A stretch of DNA of 64,000 nt from contig SUUM01000001.1 in the NCBI GenBank assembly GCA_015062525.1, forward strand, positions 44,796 through 108,795. The letters are read 5' to 3'. The position numbers were made by a program, and so were the translations under genes. The DNA comes from Alphaproteobacteria bacterium. GTDB lineage: Bacteria; Pseudomonadota; Alphaproteobacteria; Rs-D84. The first letter of the stretch is position 1. Each line of letters starts with the position of its first letter. Shown piece after piece: positions 30,196-42,340 of the stretch. Under the pieces are notes generated by a model, which did no database searches, had not been told where the DNA came from, and saw only the letters and a list, made by a program, of their open reading frames with translations.

Positions 30196-31383
30196 TTATT
30201 TAATGATTTTGGATACAACACCTGCGCCAACTGTGCGACCGCCTTCACGGATAGCAAAGCGACGACCTTCGTCCATAGCAATTGGTGCAATCAACTGCAC
30301 ATTGATACGAACATTGTCACCTGGCAGAACCATTTCTTTGTCTGCTGGCAAAGTGATTGTACCTGTTACGTCTGTTGTGCTGAAATAGAACTGTGGACGA
30401 TAGTTGCTAAAGAACGCTGTATGACGACCACCTTCTTCTTTTGTCAAGATATAAACTTCAGCTTCGAAATCTGTATGAGGTGTGATGGAACCTGGTTTGC
30501 AGATAATCTGACCACGTTCTACTTCTTCCTTCTTGGTACCACGCAACAACAGACCTACGTTATCACCGGCTTCACCCTGATCCAACAATTTGCGGAACAT
30601 TTCAACGCCTGTAACTGTTGTTTTCTGTGTTGGACGCAGACCAACGATTTCACATTCATCACCAACTTTGATAACACCAGATTCAACACGACCTGTAACA
30701 ACCGTACCACGACCTGTGATGCTGAACACGTCTTCGATTGGCATCAAGAATGGTTTATCAACTGGACGTTCTGGCAATGGGATATATTCGTCGCATGCTT
30801 TCAACAAAGCATCGATTGCTTCTTTACCCAAACCATCGTTCTTTTCTTCTACTGCAGAAACAGCTGAACCACGGATGATTGGTGCATTGTCGCCATCGAA
30901 ACCATTTGCAGACAATAATTCACGGATTTCCATTTCAACCAATTCCAACAATTCTGGATCGTTTGCCAAGTCGCACTTGTTCAAGAAAACGATAATCTTG
31001 CCCATACCAACCTGACGAGCCAACAATACGTGTTCACGTGTCTGTGGCATTGGACCGTCTGTCGCCGCTACTACCAAGATAGCACCGTCCATCTGTGCCG
31101 CACCGGTAATCATGTTTTTAACATAGTCCGCGTGCCCTGGGCAGTCAACGTGCGCATAGTGGCGTTCTGCTGTTTCATATTCAACGTGTGCAGTGTTAAT
31201 TGTAATACCGCGCTGTTTTTCTTCTGGCGCATTGTCAATCTGGTCAACACCCTTCTGTGCATCGGCACCAACACCATAGTAGTGTACGATAGCAGCAGTC
31301 AATGTTGTTTTACCATGGTCAACGTGGCCAATTGTACCAATATTGACGTGTGGTTTGCTTCTTACATACTTTTCTTTTGCCAT
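30196..31383 (-). CDS. tuf: Elongation factor Tu
   Basis: [28 protein letters not shown]. Confidence 0.99.
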   Translation of the reverse strand: MAKEKYVRSKPHVNIGTIGHVDHGKTTLTAAIVHYYGVGADAQKGVDQIDNAPEEKQRGITINTAHVEYETAERHYAHVDCPGHADYVKNMITGAAQMDGAILVVAATDGPMPQTREHVLLARQVGMGKIIVFLNKCDLANDPELLELVEMEIRELLSANGFDGDNAPIIRGSAVSAVEEKNDGLGKEAIDALLKACDEYIPLPERPVDKPFLMPIEDVFSITGRGTVVTGRVESGVIKVGDECEIVGLRPTQKTTVTGVEMFRKLLDQGEAGDNVGLLLRGTKKEEVERGQIICKPGSITPHTDFEAEVYILTKEEGGRHTAFFSNYRPQFYFSTTDVTGTITLPADKEMVLPGDNVRINVQLIAPIAMDEGRRFAIREGGRTVGAGVVSKIIK

Positions 31384-31433
31384 TAGTTTTCTCCTTAGGC
31401 TTGCTTGTTAGTTTTGTTAGAACTTCTTGTTAA

Positions 31434-33515
31434 TTATTTCGTCAGCTTCTTGATTACTTCGTCAGCGACGTTTGTTGGGACTTCGTCATAGTGCGACAAT
31501 TCCATATATGGATTTGCACGACCCTGCGACAAAGAGCGCAATGTTTTTACGTACCCAAACAAATTCGCCAATGGAACATATGCTGAAATCAACTGATTAC
31601 CAAATTGTGTTTCGATACCATTGATTTGTCCACGACGACTGTTCAAGTCCCCAATGATGTCACCGACGTATTCTTCCGGTGTATTAACCGAAAGCTTCAT
31701 AATCGGTTCCAGCAATTTTGGCGACGCTTTTTTCATTGCTTCGCGGAAGCATGCGCGTGCCGCAATTTCAAAGCACAATACATTAGAGTCAACTTCATGA
31801 TACTTACCATCTACCAATGTAGCCTTGAAATCTACTGTTGGATAGCCAATCAGAACACCTGTCTGTTGCGCTATCTTCAAACCTTTTTCCACACCTGGGA
31901 TATATTCTTTTGGAATCGCACCACCAACAATCTTGTTGTCGAATTCGTATCCCTGTCCTGGTTCTAATGGTTCAAATTCAATTTTCACCTGGGCATACTG
32001 ACCCGAACCACCGGACTGTTTTTTGTGTGTATATTCTTCGGTAACCGGTTTGCGGAATGTTTCACGGTATGCAATACGTGGTTCACCAACGTTAACATCA
32101 ACCTTGAATTCACGCAACAAACGATCCACCAAAATTTCCAAGTGCAATTCACCAACACCAGACAAAATGGTCTGACCAGATTCTTCGTCAACAGATACGC
32201 GGAACGAAGGATCTTCTTTGGCCAATGCCTGCAGACCCAACGACATCTTTTCAATATCTGCCTTGGTCTTTGGTTCAACTGCGATACTCATAACCGGCTC
32301 TGGCACATGAATTGATTCCAACAGAATTGGATTCGATTCATCACACAATGTGTCCCCTGTAATTGTTTCTTTCATACCAACCAATGTGATAATATCACCA
32401 GCCGATGCTTCTTTGATTTCTTCACGGTTATTAGAATGCATCAACAACATACGACCAACGCGTTCACGTTTATCACGGTTAGAATTATAGATATAAGAAC
32501 CAGACTGCAATTTACCCGAATAAATACGGATAAACATCAGGTTTCCTACGAATGGGTCATTAGCAACCTTAAATGCCAATGCGCTGAAAGGTTCTTTTGC
32601 ATCTGGTTTGCGCGTATCGGCTGTTTCACCATCCATTTTTGTACCTGAAATCGCAGGAATATCCAATGGGCTTGGCAAATAGTCAACAATTGCATCCAAC
32701 AATGGCTGAACACCCTTGTTCTTAAATGCAGTACCACACAATACCGGATTAAAATTCTGGTTAATTGTACCCTTGCGGATTAATTTTTTAATGGTCGCTG
32801 TATCAGGAACATTACCTTCCATGTACGCTTCCATAATTTCATCATCCAGTGTTACAACTTCTTCAATCAGTTTGTCGTGTAATTCCTGGGCTTTTTCTTT
32901 TAATTCTTCTGGAATTTCAACGATGTGTGGATCTTTGCCCATATCATCTTCCCAGACAATTCCGCGCATTTCCACAACGTCAACAACGCCACGGAAATCA
33001 GATTCTGCGCCAATTGGGAAATTCACAACCAGTGGATTTGCCCCCAAACGTTCACGAATCATATCAACACAACGGAAGAAATTACCACCGATACGATCCA
33101 TTTTATTAATAAAGCAAATACGTGGAACCGCATAACGGTCTGCCTGGCGCCATACTGTTTCTGTCTGAGGCTGTACGCCCGACACAGATTCAAATACAGC
33201 AACCGCACCGTCCAAGACACGTAATGAACGTTCTACTTCCATAGTAAAGTCCACGTGCCCCGGTGTATCAATCAGATTGATACGATGGTCGCGCCAAAAG
33301 CATGTTGTTGCGGCCGATGTAATTGTAATACCACGTTCTTGTTCCTGTTCCATCCAGTCCATGGTTGCGCCACCATCGTGCACTTCACCAATCTTGTATG
33401 TTTTACCAGTATAGAACAAGATACGTTCAGATGTTGTTGTTTTACCCGCGTCAATATGGGCCATAATGCCGATATTGCGGTACATATGTAAAGGTGCGGT
33501 TTTCCCGACTGACAT
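31434..33515 (-). CDS. fusA: Elongation factor G
   Basis: [28 protein letters not shown]. Confidence 0.99.
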   Translation of the reverse strand: MSVGKTAPLHMYRNIGIMAHIDAGKTTTSERILFYTGKTYKIGEVHDGGATMDWMEQEQERGITITSAATTCFWRDHRINLIDTPGHVDFTMEVERSLRVLDGAVAVFESVSGVQPQTETVWRQADRYAVPRICFINKMDRIGGNFFRCVDMIRERLGANPLVVNFPIGAESDFRGVVDVVEMRGIVWEDDMGKDPHIVEIPEELKEKAQELHDKLIEEVVTLDDEIMEAYMEGNVPDTATIKKLIRKGTINQNFNPVLCGTAFKNKGVQPLLDAIVDYLPSPLDIPAISGTKMDGETADTRKPDAKEPFSALAFKVANDPFVGNLMFIRIYSGKLQSGSYIYNSNRDKRERVGRMLLMHSNNREEIKEASAGDIITLVGMKETITGDTLCDESNPILLESIHVPEPVMSIAVEPKTKADIEKMSLGLQALAKEDPSFRVSVDEESGQTILSGVGELHLEILVDRLLREFKVDVNVGEPRIAYRETFRKPVTEEYTHKKQSGGSGQYAQVKIEFEPLEPGQGYEFDNKIVGGAIPKEYIPGVEKGLKIAQQTGVLIGYPTVDFKATLVDGKYHEVDSNVLCFEIAARACFREAMKKASPKLLEPIMKLSVNTPEEYVGDIIGDLNSRRGQINGIETQFGNQLISAYVPLANLFGYVKTLRSLSQGRANPYMELSHYDEVPTNVADEVIKKLTK

Positions 33516-33542
33516 TGTATCTTTCCTTTGCCTTTGTATTGA

Positions 33543-34019
33543 TTACCAGCGGAAGTGAGCAAACGCCTTGTTCGCTTCTGCCATTTTATGTGTATCAATT
33601 TTCTTTTTAAATGCGCCACCCTGACCATTCAAGGCATCACGCAATTCGCCAAACAGTCTGTCTTCCATGCTGCGTTCACCACGTTTACGCGCGAATCCGA
33701 CCAACCAACGCAACGCCATTGTTTGCTGACGTGCCGGTCTTACTTCGACTGGAACCTGGTATGTTGCACCACCTACGCGACGACCTTTTACTTCTACAGA
33801 AGGCTTCAATGCATCAACCGCTTCCAAGAACAAGACCAATTCATCCTTACCATCCTTGGCCAATGTTTTCAGCTTTTCCAATGCACCATAAACGATGTTT
33901 TCAGCAACTTCTTTTTTGCCGTCCCACATAACAACATTAATACACTTTGCAACAACCAAATTACCATATTTGGAATCTGGCAAGATTTCACGTTTTGTTG
34001 CAGCTTTACGTCTTGACAT
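33543..34019 (-). CDS. rpsG: 30S ribosomal protein S7
   Basis: [23 protein letters not shown]. Confidence 0.98.
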   Translation of the reverse strand: MSRRKAATKREILPDSKYGNLVVAKCINVVMWDGKKEVAENIVYGALEKLKTLAKDGKDELVLFLEAVDALKPSVEVKGRRVGGATYQVPVEVRPARQQTMALRWLVGFARKRGERSMEDRLFGELRDALNGQGGAFKKKIDTHKMAEANKAFAHFRW

Positions 34020-34097
34020 ATTACTTTTCCTTTTATCACTTCATCTGGGATTTTCCCAGATTACTCACGCACATTACATGCGTGTGGTTAAACTTTA

Positions 34098-34469
34098 TTA
34101 TTTCTTTGTTTTGGCACCATACAAAGAACGGCCCTGTTTACGTGCATCAACACCCTTGGTATCCAATACACCGCGGATAATATGATACTTTACACCAGGC
34201 AAGTCCTTTACACGACCACCACGAATCATAACAACACTGTGTTCCTGCAGGTTATGACCTTCGCCAGGGATATAAGCTGTTACTTCGCGGCCGTTCGCCA
34301 GTTTTACACGGGCAACCTTACGCTGCGCCGAGTTAGGTTTTTTCGGTGTTGTCGTATAAACACGTGTGCAAACACCACGTTTCTGTGGGTTTTCCATCAT
34401 GTCAGGCGCGGTACTTTTCGCCGCGACTTTTTTACGAGGCTTCCGAATCAGTTGGTTTACTGTTGGCAT
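34098..34469 (-). CDS. rpsL: 30S ribosomal protein S12
   Basis: [20 protein letters not shown]. Confidence 0.99.
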   Translation of the reverse strand: MPTVNQLIRKPRKKVAAKSTAPDMMENPQKRGVCTRVYTTTPKKPNSAQRKVARVKLANGREVTAYIPGEGHNLQEHSVVMIRGGRVKDLPGVKYHIIRGVLDTKGVDARKQGRSLYGAKTKK

Positions 34470-34618
34470 TCAAAATCTCTTTGTTTTTCTACCTATTTTA
34501 CTCTGCACAAAACCCGCTTATCAGACTTATTTCAACGACTTAGCCGGATTATAAATCTGTTTTCACAAGCGGTTTTTATGTATTCCTTGCTTTCCTTGTT
34601 TACACAGAAAGCGCACTT

Positions 34619-34647
34619 ACTATAATCGCGCCCCCCTAAATTGTCAA
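34619..34647 (-). promoter_or_regulatory. Sigma70 promoter of the str operon
   Basis: Minus strand TTGACA, 17-nt spacer, TATAGT, about 150 nt upstream of rpsL. Confidence 0.75.
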
Positions 34648-34754
34648 GGAAAATCTGGGAAAAAATCTTAAATTTCCGGCTTGAAAACCCCACAAAATCA
34701 GGATTTTAGAGCAAATACCAAAAATGACAAAAATCCAATCAGTCTACTTTTATA

Positions 34755-34862
34755 AAAATAAAAGATAATGGTATAGATATGAGATGGGGGTGACATCGTA
34801 GTGTACAAACGCTACATGAGATGTCGCCCCCGCCCATAGATATGCCATTAGATTTTATTTTA
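34755..34862. repeat. Long palindromic element (RPE-like), copy 2
   Basis: Hairpin with core GTGTACAAACGCTACATGAG; arms AAGATAATGGTATA / TATGCCATTAGATT are homologous to 17914-18018. Confidence 0.7.
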
Positions 34863-35612
34863 TTAAAAATCAATTCCAAACACAACCCCCATCGTCGCTG
34901 GACTATGCTTGAAACTGTGCACAACATCTTTTTCCAAATAAAAGCCCAAATACTTGGTCGCATCAATATTATAATTAATTCCGCATTGCAATCTCAGCCG
35001 TTCCCCATCATAGTAATCATCAAACAAATCAAAATCAAACATCAATCCGCCAACCCAGTTCCAGCGATTATTAACAATATACTGTCCCTGAATACCGACG
35101 GTCATCGCCCACGCATCAAATGTATCTTGTGGCAAATCATCGTTCAGATAATCCACCTGCACCACCCCTGCAACGGTCCAATTGTCTGTTATGCGTCCCA
35201 TTCGCGCACCCGCCGTCCAATTATATGCAACCGTCTGTAAATTTTCACGCGTATCATAGATTTGTTTTACATCACCATAAACCTCGGCATGCAATTGATT
35301 TTCATGCCACAAATCCCAATCAAACCCAAATTCCAAATCATTCCATGACCATTTTCCAAATTCTGGATTATCTGATGAATCATAAGACCCCGATGTCGCC
35401 ACATGAATTGCAAAGGCATCCGAAATACCATACCCAAATTCATCGGCAATAACAAATCTGTCAAATTCAGAATTCGCCTGCACCGGCGTTAAAATATTAT
35501 AAAAACGCCCCTGTGCCGGATTATAAAACGGATTACCATTTATTACATTGGCGGCCCCTGCCCCACCCGACACAAACACCAGCGCACACGACAGCACAAA
35601 AATCTTTTTCAT
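34863..35612 (-). CDS. Putative outer-membrane beta-barrel protein
   Basis: Signal peptide, alternating aromatic strands, C-terminal Phe (FGIDF). Confidence 0.7.
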   Translation of the reverse strand: MKKIFVLSCALVFVSGGAGAANVINGNPFYNPAQGRFYNILTPVQANSEFDRFVIADEFGYGISDAFAIHVATSGSYDSSDNPEFGKWSWNDLEFGFDWDLWHENQLHAEVYGDVKQIYDTRENLQTVAYNWTAGARMGRITDNWTVAGVVQVDYLNDDLPQDTFDAWAMTVGIQGQYIVNNRWNWVGGLMFDFDLFDDYYDGERLRLQCGINYNIDATKYLGFYLEKDVVHSFKHSPATMGVVFGIDF

Positions 35613-35734
35613 ATTTTCTCCCTTCTCTTTCGCAATCCGATTTTAAGAAATATGAAAAAATATATAAACAGGAACGAATTCAAAAAAAACACCCCCGAAA
35701 ACCGGGGGTGTGAACTTTTTGTTTCATAAAATCA

Positions 35735-36340
35735 TTAGAAGTTATACAAGAATCCAATCTGGAAATCGCTTGTATTTGCGACATTGGCGGAATCTGCAAT
35801 CGCACCAATACTCCAACTATCTTCTATACCCAAATCCTTGTTTTCAAAGTTATATCCCGCATACACACCCAAGAAGTTCAGGTTTGCATACAATGTAAAT
35901 GATTCAGAAATGTCATATGTAATCATTGGAACAACAGACGCATTCAAAGTTGTAAAGGTTTCAGCATCAATCGCATCATCATCTGGCGACATAGTCGCAA
36001 AATCTACACCAACAGATCCCTTTAACAACAGTTTTGCACCACCAAATTCTGCAACCTTATAACGCGCGAACGCACCAATACCATACGTATAAGTATCACC
36101 TTCCATCGAATACATATCTTCCATATATTTGTGATCAATACCAAAATTTGCCATCACACCCAAATCCCAATCAGAATTATATTTCCAACCAAATTCTGGC
36201 GCCACATTGAATACCGTAGAATGTTCATTATCCGTTTTAAAGGCCGCACTGCCACCAACAAAATAATTTGTTTCCGCATATGCACCTGAAACTGTCAAAA
36301 ATGCCAACAAAGAAGTTAATGCTAATTTTTTCATGTTCAT
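35735..36340 (-). CDS. Outer-membrane beta-barrel (porin-family-like) protein
   Basis: Signal peptide, YFVGGS, VAPEFG, C-terminal GFLYNF. Confidence 0.8.
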   Translation of the reverse strand: MNMKKLALTSLLAFLTVSGAYAETNYFVGGSAAFKTDNEHSTVFNVAPEFGWKYNSDWDLGVMANFGIDHKYMEDMYSMEGDTYTYGIGAFARYKVAEFGGAKLLLKGSVGVDFATMSPDDDAIDAETFTTLNASVVPMITYDISESFTLYANLNFLGVYAGYNFENKDLGIEDSWSIGAIADSANVANTSDFQIGFLYNF

Positions 36341-36592
36341 TCCTTTCGTTTTTGTTAACCAAGACCATATTTTTCAGTCCCGTTAATACAATTTTATCAG
36401 GTATAAAATCCCACCTGCAAGCCCAAAGTTTTTTGCAAAGCAATCAAAAATATGATATTATTCAGCGCGTACGCGAATCGGATTTTAATCACATCAACAA
36501 ATTCAAACGCCCATATTACGGGCGTTTTATTCATTTTGTTATAATTCGTTATAAATTTTAATAATTATCGAAAATAACAGACTGACGGTTTT

Positions 36593-37612
36593 CTAATTTT
36601 TATTTTTTAATTTTTTTATCGCGCGCCAGTCATTATGATTTTTCATATGCGTTTCATAGTCTTTTGAAAACTTATGTCCACCCTGCCCGTCTGCAACAAA
36701 GAACAGATAATTCGTATCGGCGGGTTTTAACACCGCACGAATCGCCCCTTGGCCCACATTCGCAATTGGTGCCGGCGGCAGTCCCTTGTTTCTATATGTA
36801 TTGTACGGACTGTCTATTTTCAAATGCCCACGCAACAACGGCGCCCCTTGCATATCGCCCAAACCATCGGTCAAAGCATAAACCACCGTGGGGTCCGCCT
36901 GCAAACGCATACCGCGGTTAAGACGGTTCAAATACACACTGGCGACAATTGGCATTTCACGCACCTGGGGTGTTTCCTTTTGAACAATAGACGCTAATGT
37001 AATAACATCATTCCAATCACGCAACGGTTTTGGCAATCGCCGATTCGTTTTTTTCCAGGTTTCCTCTATCTGCACCATTTTTTTACGTGCCAGGTCCAAC
37101 AACGCCAACCGATTCGTTCCACGCGCCACGGTATACGTATCGGGAAAAATATCACCATCATGCAAATCGCACACCGGTGCATTATTTCCCGCCCTGCATT
37201 CCACCGCGCCGGTTAAAGCCGAAGACTGCAATAATAAATCTTTAATTTGTTTTACGGTTAATCCCTCGGGTATAACGATTGTAGTGGATGCGACGCGACC
37301 ATTTGCGAACATGTCTGCAATTTTCCATGCACTTGCACCAACGGGAATATCATATTGTCCGGTTTGAATTTTCCCGCCATTCAAACGCACAGACATTTTG
37401 AACACTTGTTCTGCATCTATTAAATTTTGTTTCATCAACCGCGTTGCGACCCCCGACACAGTGTCGCCCGCCACAATATCAAACACCACCGGTTTTGACA
37501 CCGTTGAATGAATACCAAACATAAACAACACCACACACACCAGAATTATCACCGGTGCGACAATCATTTGAATAATAACATGTTTTGGAAAAAATTTTCT
37601 GCGCCTTGCCAT
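36593..37612 (-). CDS. mltG: Endolytic transglycosylase MltG
   Basis: IPEG, FPDTY, LASIVQKE, NRL...MRLQADPT, SPYNTY, GLPPAPI, YLFFVADG. Confidence 0.93.
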   Translation of the reverse strand: MARRRKFFPKHVIIQMIVAPVIILVCVVLFMFGIHSTVSKPVVFDIVAGDTVSGVATRLMKQNLIDAEQVFKMSVRLNGGKIQTGQYDIPVGASAWKIADMFANGRVASTTIVIPEGLTVKQIKDLLLQSSALTGAVECRAGNNAPVCDLHDGDIFPDTYTVARGTNRLALLDLARKKMVQIEETWKKTNRRLPKPLRDWNDVITLASIVQKETPQVREMPIVASVYLNRLNRGMRLQADPTVVYALTDGLGDMQGAPLLRGHLKIDSPYNTYRNKGLPPAPIANVGQGAIRAVLKPADTNYLFFVADGQGGHKFSKDYETHMKNHNDWRAIKKLKNKN

Positions 37613-37831
37613 GGTCTATTTATTATTACAGACAAAGCCCCCATTTGCAAACGCAAAACCGTACGGGCGAACAACATTCATTGTTGCACAAAGCAAAACA
37701 ATATCAATATATTTATTTAGCCAAAACAAAGAAATATTTAATGACAACTAACACAAACATCATAAAAATTATTCAGCAATACAAGGGTTGTCAATCACAC
37801 CGATTGACAACCAAAACAAGGAAACAATACA

Positions 37832-39097
37832 ATGCCCCAAAAAACAAATGTTCATTTTTTATCAAATGGAATTCCTGTAATCCTGCGCAACGCGCCATTT
37901 CACACATGTAAAATATTATTCAGCCTGCATTTCGGTGCGGGCGACGAAACCGCCCCAGAATACGGAATAACACACTTTATTGAACATTTATTGGGACAAA
38001 GCACAACAGGCGATAAAACTTTTGGTACCCTAACAAAAAAAATTGAAATACTGGGTGGCGCTATCAGCCTGTACACAACATACAATAAAATAGGTTGCTA
38101 TATCAATATATTGCCAGAACACCTGATTGATACGATACAAATTATCGCCCCACAAATAACATCCCCCGTGTTCGACACTGAAAAAATAGAACAAGAAAAA
38201 CACATCATATTAACAGAACACAAAAGATACATCGCACAAAACTCTTGGTTCCTGTTTGCTCAGGAAAACCTGTTCAAAAACACAGGTCTGGGACACAGCA
38301 TTACGGGCACCCCAGAAACAATCAAATCTTTTACATCGGAAAGCCTATCAAAATATTATCATTCGCACCTGTCCAGCGACAAATTTAACATTGTTGTTAT
38401 CAGTCAAATAAATAACACAGAAAAATTGTTATCAGAACTTGAATCCACATTTGGCAATATGCCACACACACCATACAAAAGCAAATCGTGGACAACAACA
38501 CCAGTAATCGCCCACGATTTCAAGCATGACATCAACAATACTAAGTTAGTCTTGGCATTTGCAGCTAAAATACCAGACACGCGCAAAGCCCAAATTGCCA
38601 CAGGCCTGTTCAAAAAAATTCTGCGAGACCGTTTAATAAACGCGTTGCGTTATCAAAACGGACTGGTTTATTCCGTAAAATGCCTGACCATGGGTGTCGG
38701 CAACACAAAGCTATACACAATTGAAACCGAGGCACAACCACACCAAATTGAAACAATCACCAAAGTGATTGCATCAGAATGCACAAACATACTAACAATA
38801 CAGCCAATCACGTCCAAAGAATTACAAATCGCTAAAAATGTTATAAAATACCAAAATGCCCGCGTAATGGATTCAATAGATAAAAGTTGCGAAACATATG
38901 CGCAATATATGAATCACTATGGTAAAGTTTATGATTTTGATATGGAAAATTTAGAATTAGAAAAAACAACCTTGTCTGACATCATAACAACAGGCCACAC
39001 GATTTTGAATGCCCCCATTTCCATCATAACCCAAGGTCCCGAACAAAACGACAATATCATCAACATCTGGACCAAAAACTTTATAACACCTAAATAA
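37832..39097 (+). CDS. M16 family zinc peptidase
   Basis: GITHFIEHL (HxxEH), E-x7-E, ITGTPETI, GLVYSV. Confidence 0.88.
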   Translation: MPQKTNVHFLSNGIPVILRNAPFHTCKILFSLHFGAGDETAPEYGITHFIEHLLGQSTTGDKTFGTLTKKIEILGGAISLYTTYNKIGCYINILPEHLIDTIQIIAPQITSPVFDTEKIEQEKHIILTEHKRYIAQNSWFLFAQENLFKNTGLGHSITGTPETIKSFTSESLSKYYHSHLSSDKFNIVVISQINNTEKLLSELESTFGNMPHTPYKSKSWTTTPVIAHDFKHDINNTKLVLAFAAKIPDTRKAQIATGLFKKILRDRLINALRYQNGLVYSVKCLTMGVGNTKLYTIETEAQPHQIETITKVIASECTNILTIQPITSKELQIAKNVIKYQNARVMDSIDKSCETYAQYMNHYGKVYDFDMENLELEKTTLSDIITTGHTILNAPISIITQGPEQNDNIINIWTKNFITPK

Positions 39098-39121
39098 TAA
39101 ATCCCGCATGTGCGGGATTTA

Positions 39122-40804
39122 TTATTTTTCATCGCCCAAACCAATTGTACTTTTAATTGGATCAACAATTGATTCTTTGGCACTGTCCAGCGTACGAATT
39201 AATGCACGACGAATTTTACCACTGATTGTCATAGGCAGGGTATCAACAAACTCAATCACGCGTGGTGCCTTATAATGTGCTGCGCGCGATTTTGCATAGT
39301 CTTGCAACTGCCGCACCAGCGCATCTGTCTGTTGAAAATATTTATTCAGAACAATAGTTGCCTTGACCGCCTGACCACGTGCCGGATCTGGGATACCGGT
39401 CACCGCCACTTCACGCACGGCGGGATGTTCCATCAGAACCGATTCGACCTCGAACGGGCTGACACGATAACCACTGGTTTTAATCAAATCGTCATTACGT
39501 CCCACGAACCAAAAATAACCATCTGCATCAAAATATGCCATATCGCCCGTATGATATATACCATCACGGTACACCGCATTGGTCTGTTTTTCATTTTTAT
39601 GATACCCCTGGAACAACCCCAGCGGTTTTGCATCTTTGACATTAACGCAAATTTCACCAACAACATTAGGTTCTGTTATCACACGCCCACGTTCATCTAA
39701 CAATTTCACATCCCAACCTGCGGCGGGCATACCCATGGCACCAGGCTTTGGTTCAATCCATTCATTGGTAAAAATCATAACACAAGTTTCAGTCTGACCA
39801 AACCCTTCGCGCAGTTTAACGCCTGTATTATCATAAAAACGTTCATAAACCTCTGGATTTAATGCCTCGCCTGCGACATCGGCCTTTTTAAGTGATGACA
39901 AATCATATTTGCTCATATCCGCATGAATCATCATTTTATATGCGGTCGGTGGCGCACAGAAAGATGTAATCTTATGTTCTGAAATAGCATTCAGCAAATC
40001 ATGCGCGGTAAATATACGACTAAAATCGAACACGAACACAGTCGCGCCCGCCAACCATTGTCCGTACATTTTACCCCACGAACATTTTGCCCAACCCGAT
40101 TCGGACAAAGTAAAGTGAATATCACCATCACGCAACCGTTGCCAAAACACAGCGGTATTAATATGCCCCAACGGATACGTAAAATTATGCGCCACCATTT
40201 TCGGCATATCGGTTGTACCACTTGTAAAATACACAACCATAGTATCTGTATTTTCGTTTGGCACACGTTCCAATGTCTTGGAATATTTTTCACATGCCAT
40301 TTCCACATCTGCACAATCAATCAATTGTATAGCTTCATTTCCACCAATGGCACTTTTTATTTCATTAATTATAACCCCATCATCATACGCGATAACCGCC
40401 GCCACATTAGCCGCATCCAAACGATATTTAATATCCTTGGTTTTCAATTGATTAGTTGACGGAATCGGAATCACCCCTAATTTATGCATTGCCATCATCA
40501 AAACCCAGTATTCCCATCTGCGACGCATAAACAATAAAACCGTATCACCTTTTTTTAAACCATGCGCCGTCAAGAAATTCGCCACCGCATTTGACCACTG
40601 TGCCAGCATTTTGAACGTAATTGATTTTTTTTCACCCGCATCATCGGTCCATAAAATTGCGACTTTGTCTGGTGTCTCGTCTGCAATCACATCCACGACA
40701 TCATACGCAAAATTAAAATTCTCAGGAATATTCGGCACCGCATTTTTGAAATAATCATCATAACTATTAAATTCACCCTGTTTCAAGAACCGCTTAAAAA
40801 ACAT
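39122..40804 (-). CDS. Short/medium-chain acyl-CoA synthetase (AMP-forming)
   Basis: NFNFAYDVVD, FTSGTT..PK, GFGQTE, YHTGD, GRNDDLIKTSGYRV, LPMTISGK. Confidence 0.9.
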   Translation of the reverse strand: MFFKRFLKQGEFNSYDDYFKNAVPNIPENFNFAYDVVDVIADETPDKVAILWTDDAGEKKSITFKMLAQWSNAVANFLTAHGLKKGDTVLLFMRRRWEYWVLMMAMHKLGVIPIPSTNQLKTKDIKYRLDAANVAAVIAYDDGVIINEIKSAIGGNEAIQLIDCADVEMACEKYSKTLERVPNENTDTMVVYFTSGTTDMPKMVAHNFTYPLGHINTAVFWQRLRDGDIHFTLSESGWAKCSWGKMYGQWLAGATVFVFDFSRIFTAHDLLNAISEHKITSFCAPPTAYKMMIHADMSKYDLSSLKKADVAGEALNPEVYERFYDNTGVKLREGFGQTETCVMIFTNEWIEPKPGAMGMPAAGWDVKLLDERGRVITEPNVVGEICVNVKDAKPLGLFQGYHKNEKQTNAVYRDGIYHTGDMAYFDADGYFWFVGRNDDLIKTSGYRVSPFEVESVLMEHPAVREVAVTGIPDPARGQAVKATIVLNKYFQQTDALVRQLQDYAKSRAAHYKAPRVIEFVDTLPMTISGKIRRALIRTLDSAKESIVDPIKSTIGLGDEK

Positions 40805-40924
40805 ATTTTTTTCCTTTTTTATGCAAAATAAATATAATGTGCGTATATGCAAAATACAAATAAAAATATAAAAAAATTACATTGATTTTTATATTAAATG
40901 GTCGCATAATCTGCGCACGTATAT

Positions 40925-40990
<66 letters not shown>

Positions 40991-41001
<11 letters not shown>

Positions 41002-41400
41002 TAAAATTAAAACCACCTAAATGGTGGTTTTTGTTTTATGCCCAGGGTACAAGTTTGATACATCACATTGTTATACAATGTCTGGTTCGACAAGGAGTAG
41101 ATTTGATACGCCACGCGTAATCAAATCGTCACGACTGCCCCGCAGGTCTTGTCAAGACCAAGGGAATCTTGTTACTCCGACCATAAAATTAAAATCGGCC
41201 TTGCGCCGGTTTTTATTTTATGAACGGGGTACGGGGTCGATACCCCACATTGTAAAACAATGTAAGTTCGACAATGAGTAAACGAGAACAAGCCCTGCGC
41301 CGTTCGAGTGCTAACGAATGCCCCACAGCCGGTGTAAAACACCGTGCGAGGGAACCCCAAGACGAAGACCACAAATAAACAAACCGCCCATTCGGGCGGT
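40991..41400 (+). repeat. tRNA-linked tandem repeats (two degenerate units of about 180 bp)
   Basis: Exact 22-bp repeat TACTCCGACCATAAAATTAAAA at 40991-41012 and 41173-41194; both units share TTTTATG..GGGTAC..GATAC..CACATTGT..ACAATGT..GTTCGACAA.GAGTA. Confidence 0.75.
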
Positions 41401-41424
41401 ATTATTTTTAACGACAATATATCA

Positions 41425-42340
41425 TCAACGTTCTTTTGCCGCAGCCATCTCCATAATTTCTGACGGTATAGAACGTTCATCAAACACATCTAAAACCATC
41501 TGTAAATCTTCAGGATGAGCTTTTAAGTGACCTTCCATAATTTTTACAGCTGTTTCAAACGAAACACCTTTTTCACCGTTTATTATTTGCTGAAAATACC
41601 TTGCATTTTGACCTGACATATGTGAAATAATTTTACCAATCATATCTTTATTGACAAATTCTTGCATCTTTATATCAACAAGATTATTCTGTTGCCACAA
41701 AATCAATAATTTTTTTATATCATTTATTTTATTTTTTTTATCTTTTGACGCAGCAGAAATCGAAGTCACTGCTGCACAAATAACCATCACTAATCCAAAA
41801 TAAGCCCTTATACCCCTCAAATCCGAATTACTCAACGCAATATAAGATTCTTTCCGGAATAGATTAGCAAAATTATATGTTTCCAAAGTTGGATTCATAA
41901 TATATCTTGCAGTACCCAATGCCTTAGAACCTGTATTTTTTTCTGTTTTTTTTGCACCTTCAGAATCACTTACAGACAAAGCTACTTCAAAAAAATTAAT
42001 CCCCTTGTCGTCACCATACGCATTTTTTTCAGGTCCCACATGTCCCAACAACCATATTCCATACATCACACCCAAAAATAGAAGTTGTGTATTAACAAAA
42101 TTCTTTAACTCCATTTTCAAATTTTGAACCTTATCACCAAATTTTTGATAAAATTCTTCAACAACACGATTAAATTCTTGCTCCTGACGTTCCTGTTCTT
42201 TTTCAGCTTTAAGTCGTTTTTCTGCTTCAAGGAAAGCCTCACGTTCTTTTTTTGCTTTTTCCTCTGCCTTCACGCTTTGCTTGTTCTTGTTTTCGTGTAT
42301 CCCGCTCTGTAACCCCAGGAAACAATTTTTTATTTGCCAT
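41425..42340 (-). pseudogene. Membrane hypothetical protein with an apparent +1 frameshift near its 5' end (or a sequencing error)
   Basis: TAAGGAG SD plus ATG at 42340 gives MANKKLFPGVTERDTRKQEQAKRE and stops at 42239. The 282-aa ORF 41425..42273 continues AEEKAKKERE in another frame. Confidence 0.55.

Noticed and set aside
17470-34469. Numerous plus-strand ORFs of 60-250 aa over the ribosomal cluster
   Set aside because: Shadow ORFs antisense to highly conserved, codon-biased genes.
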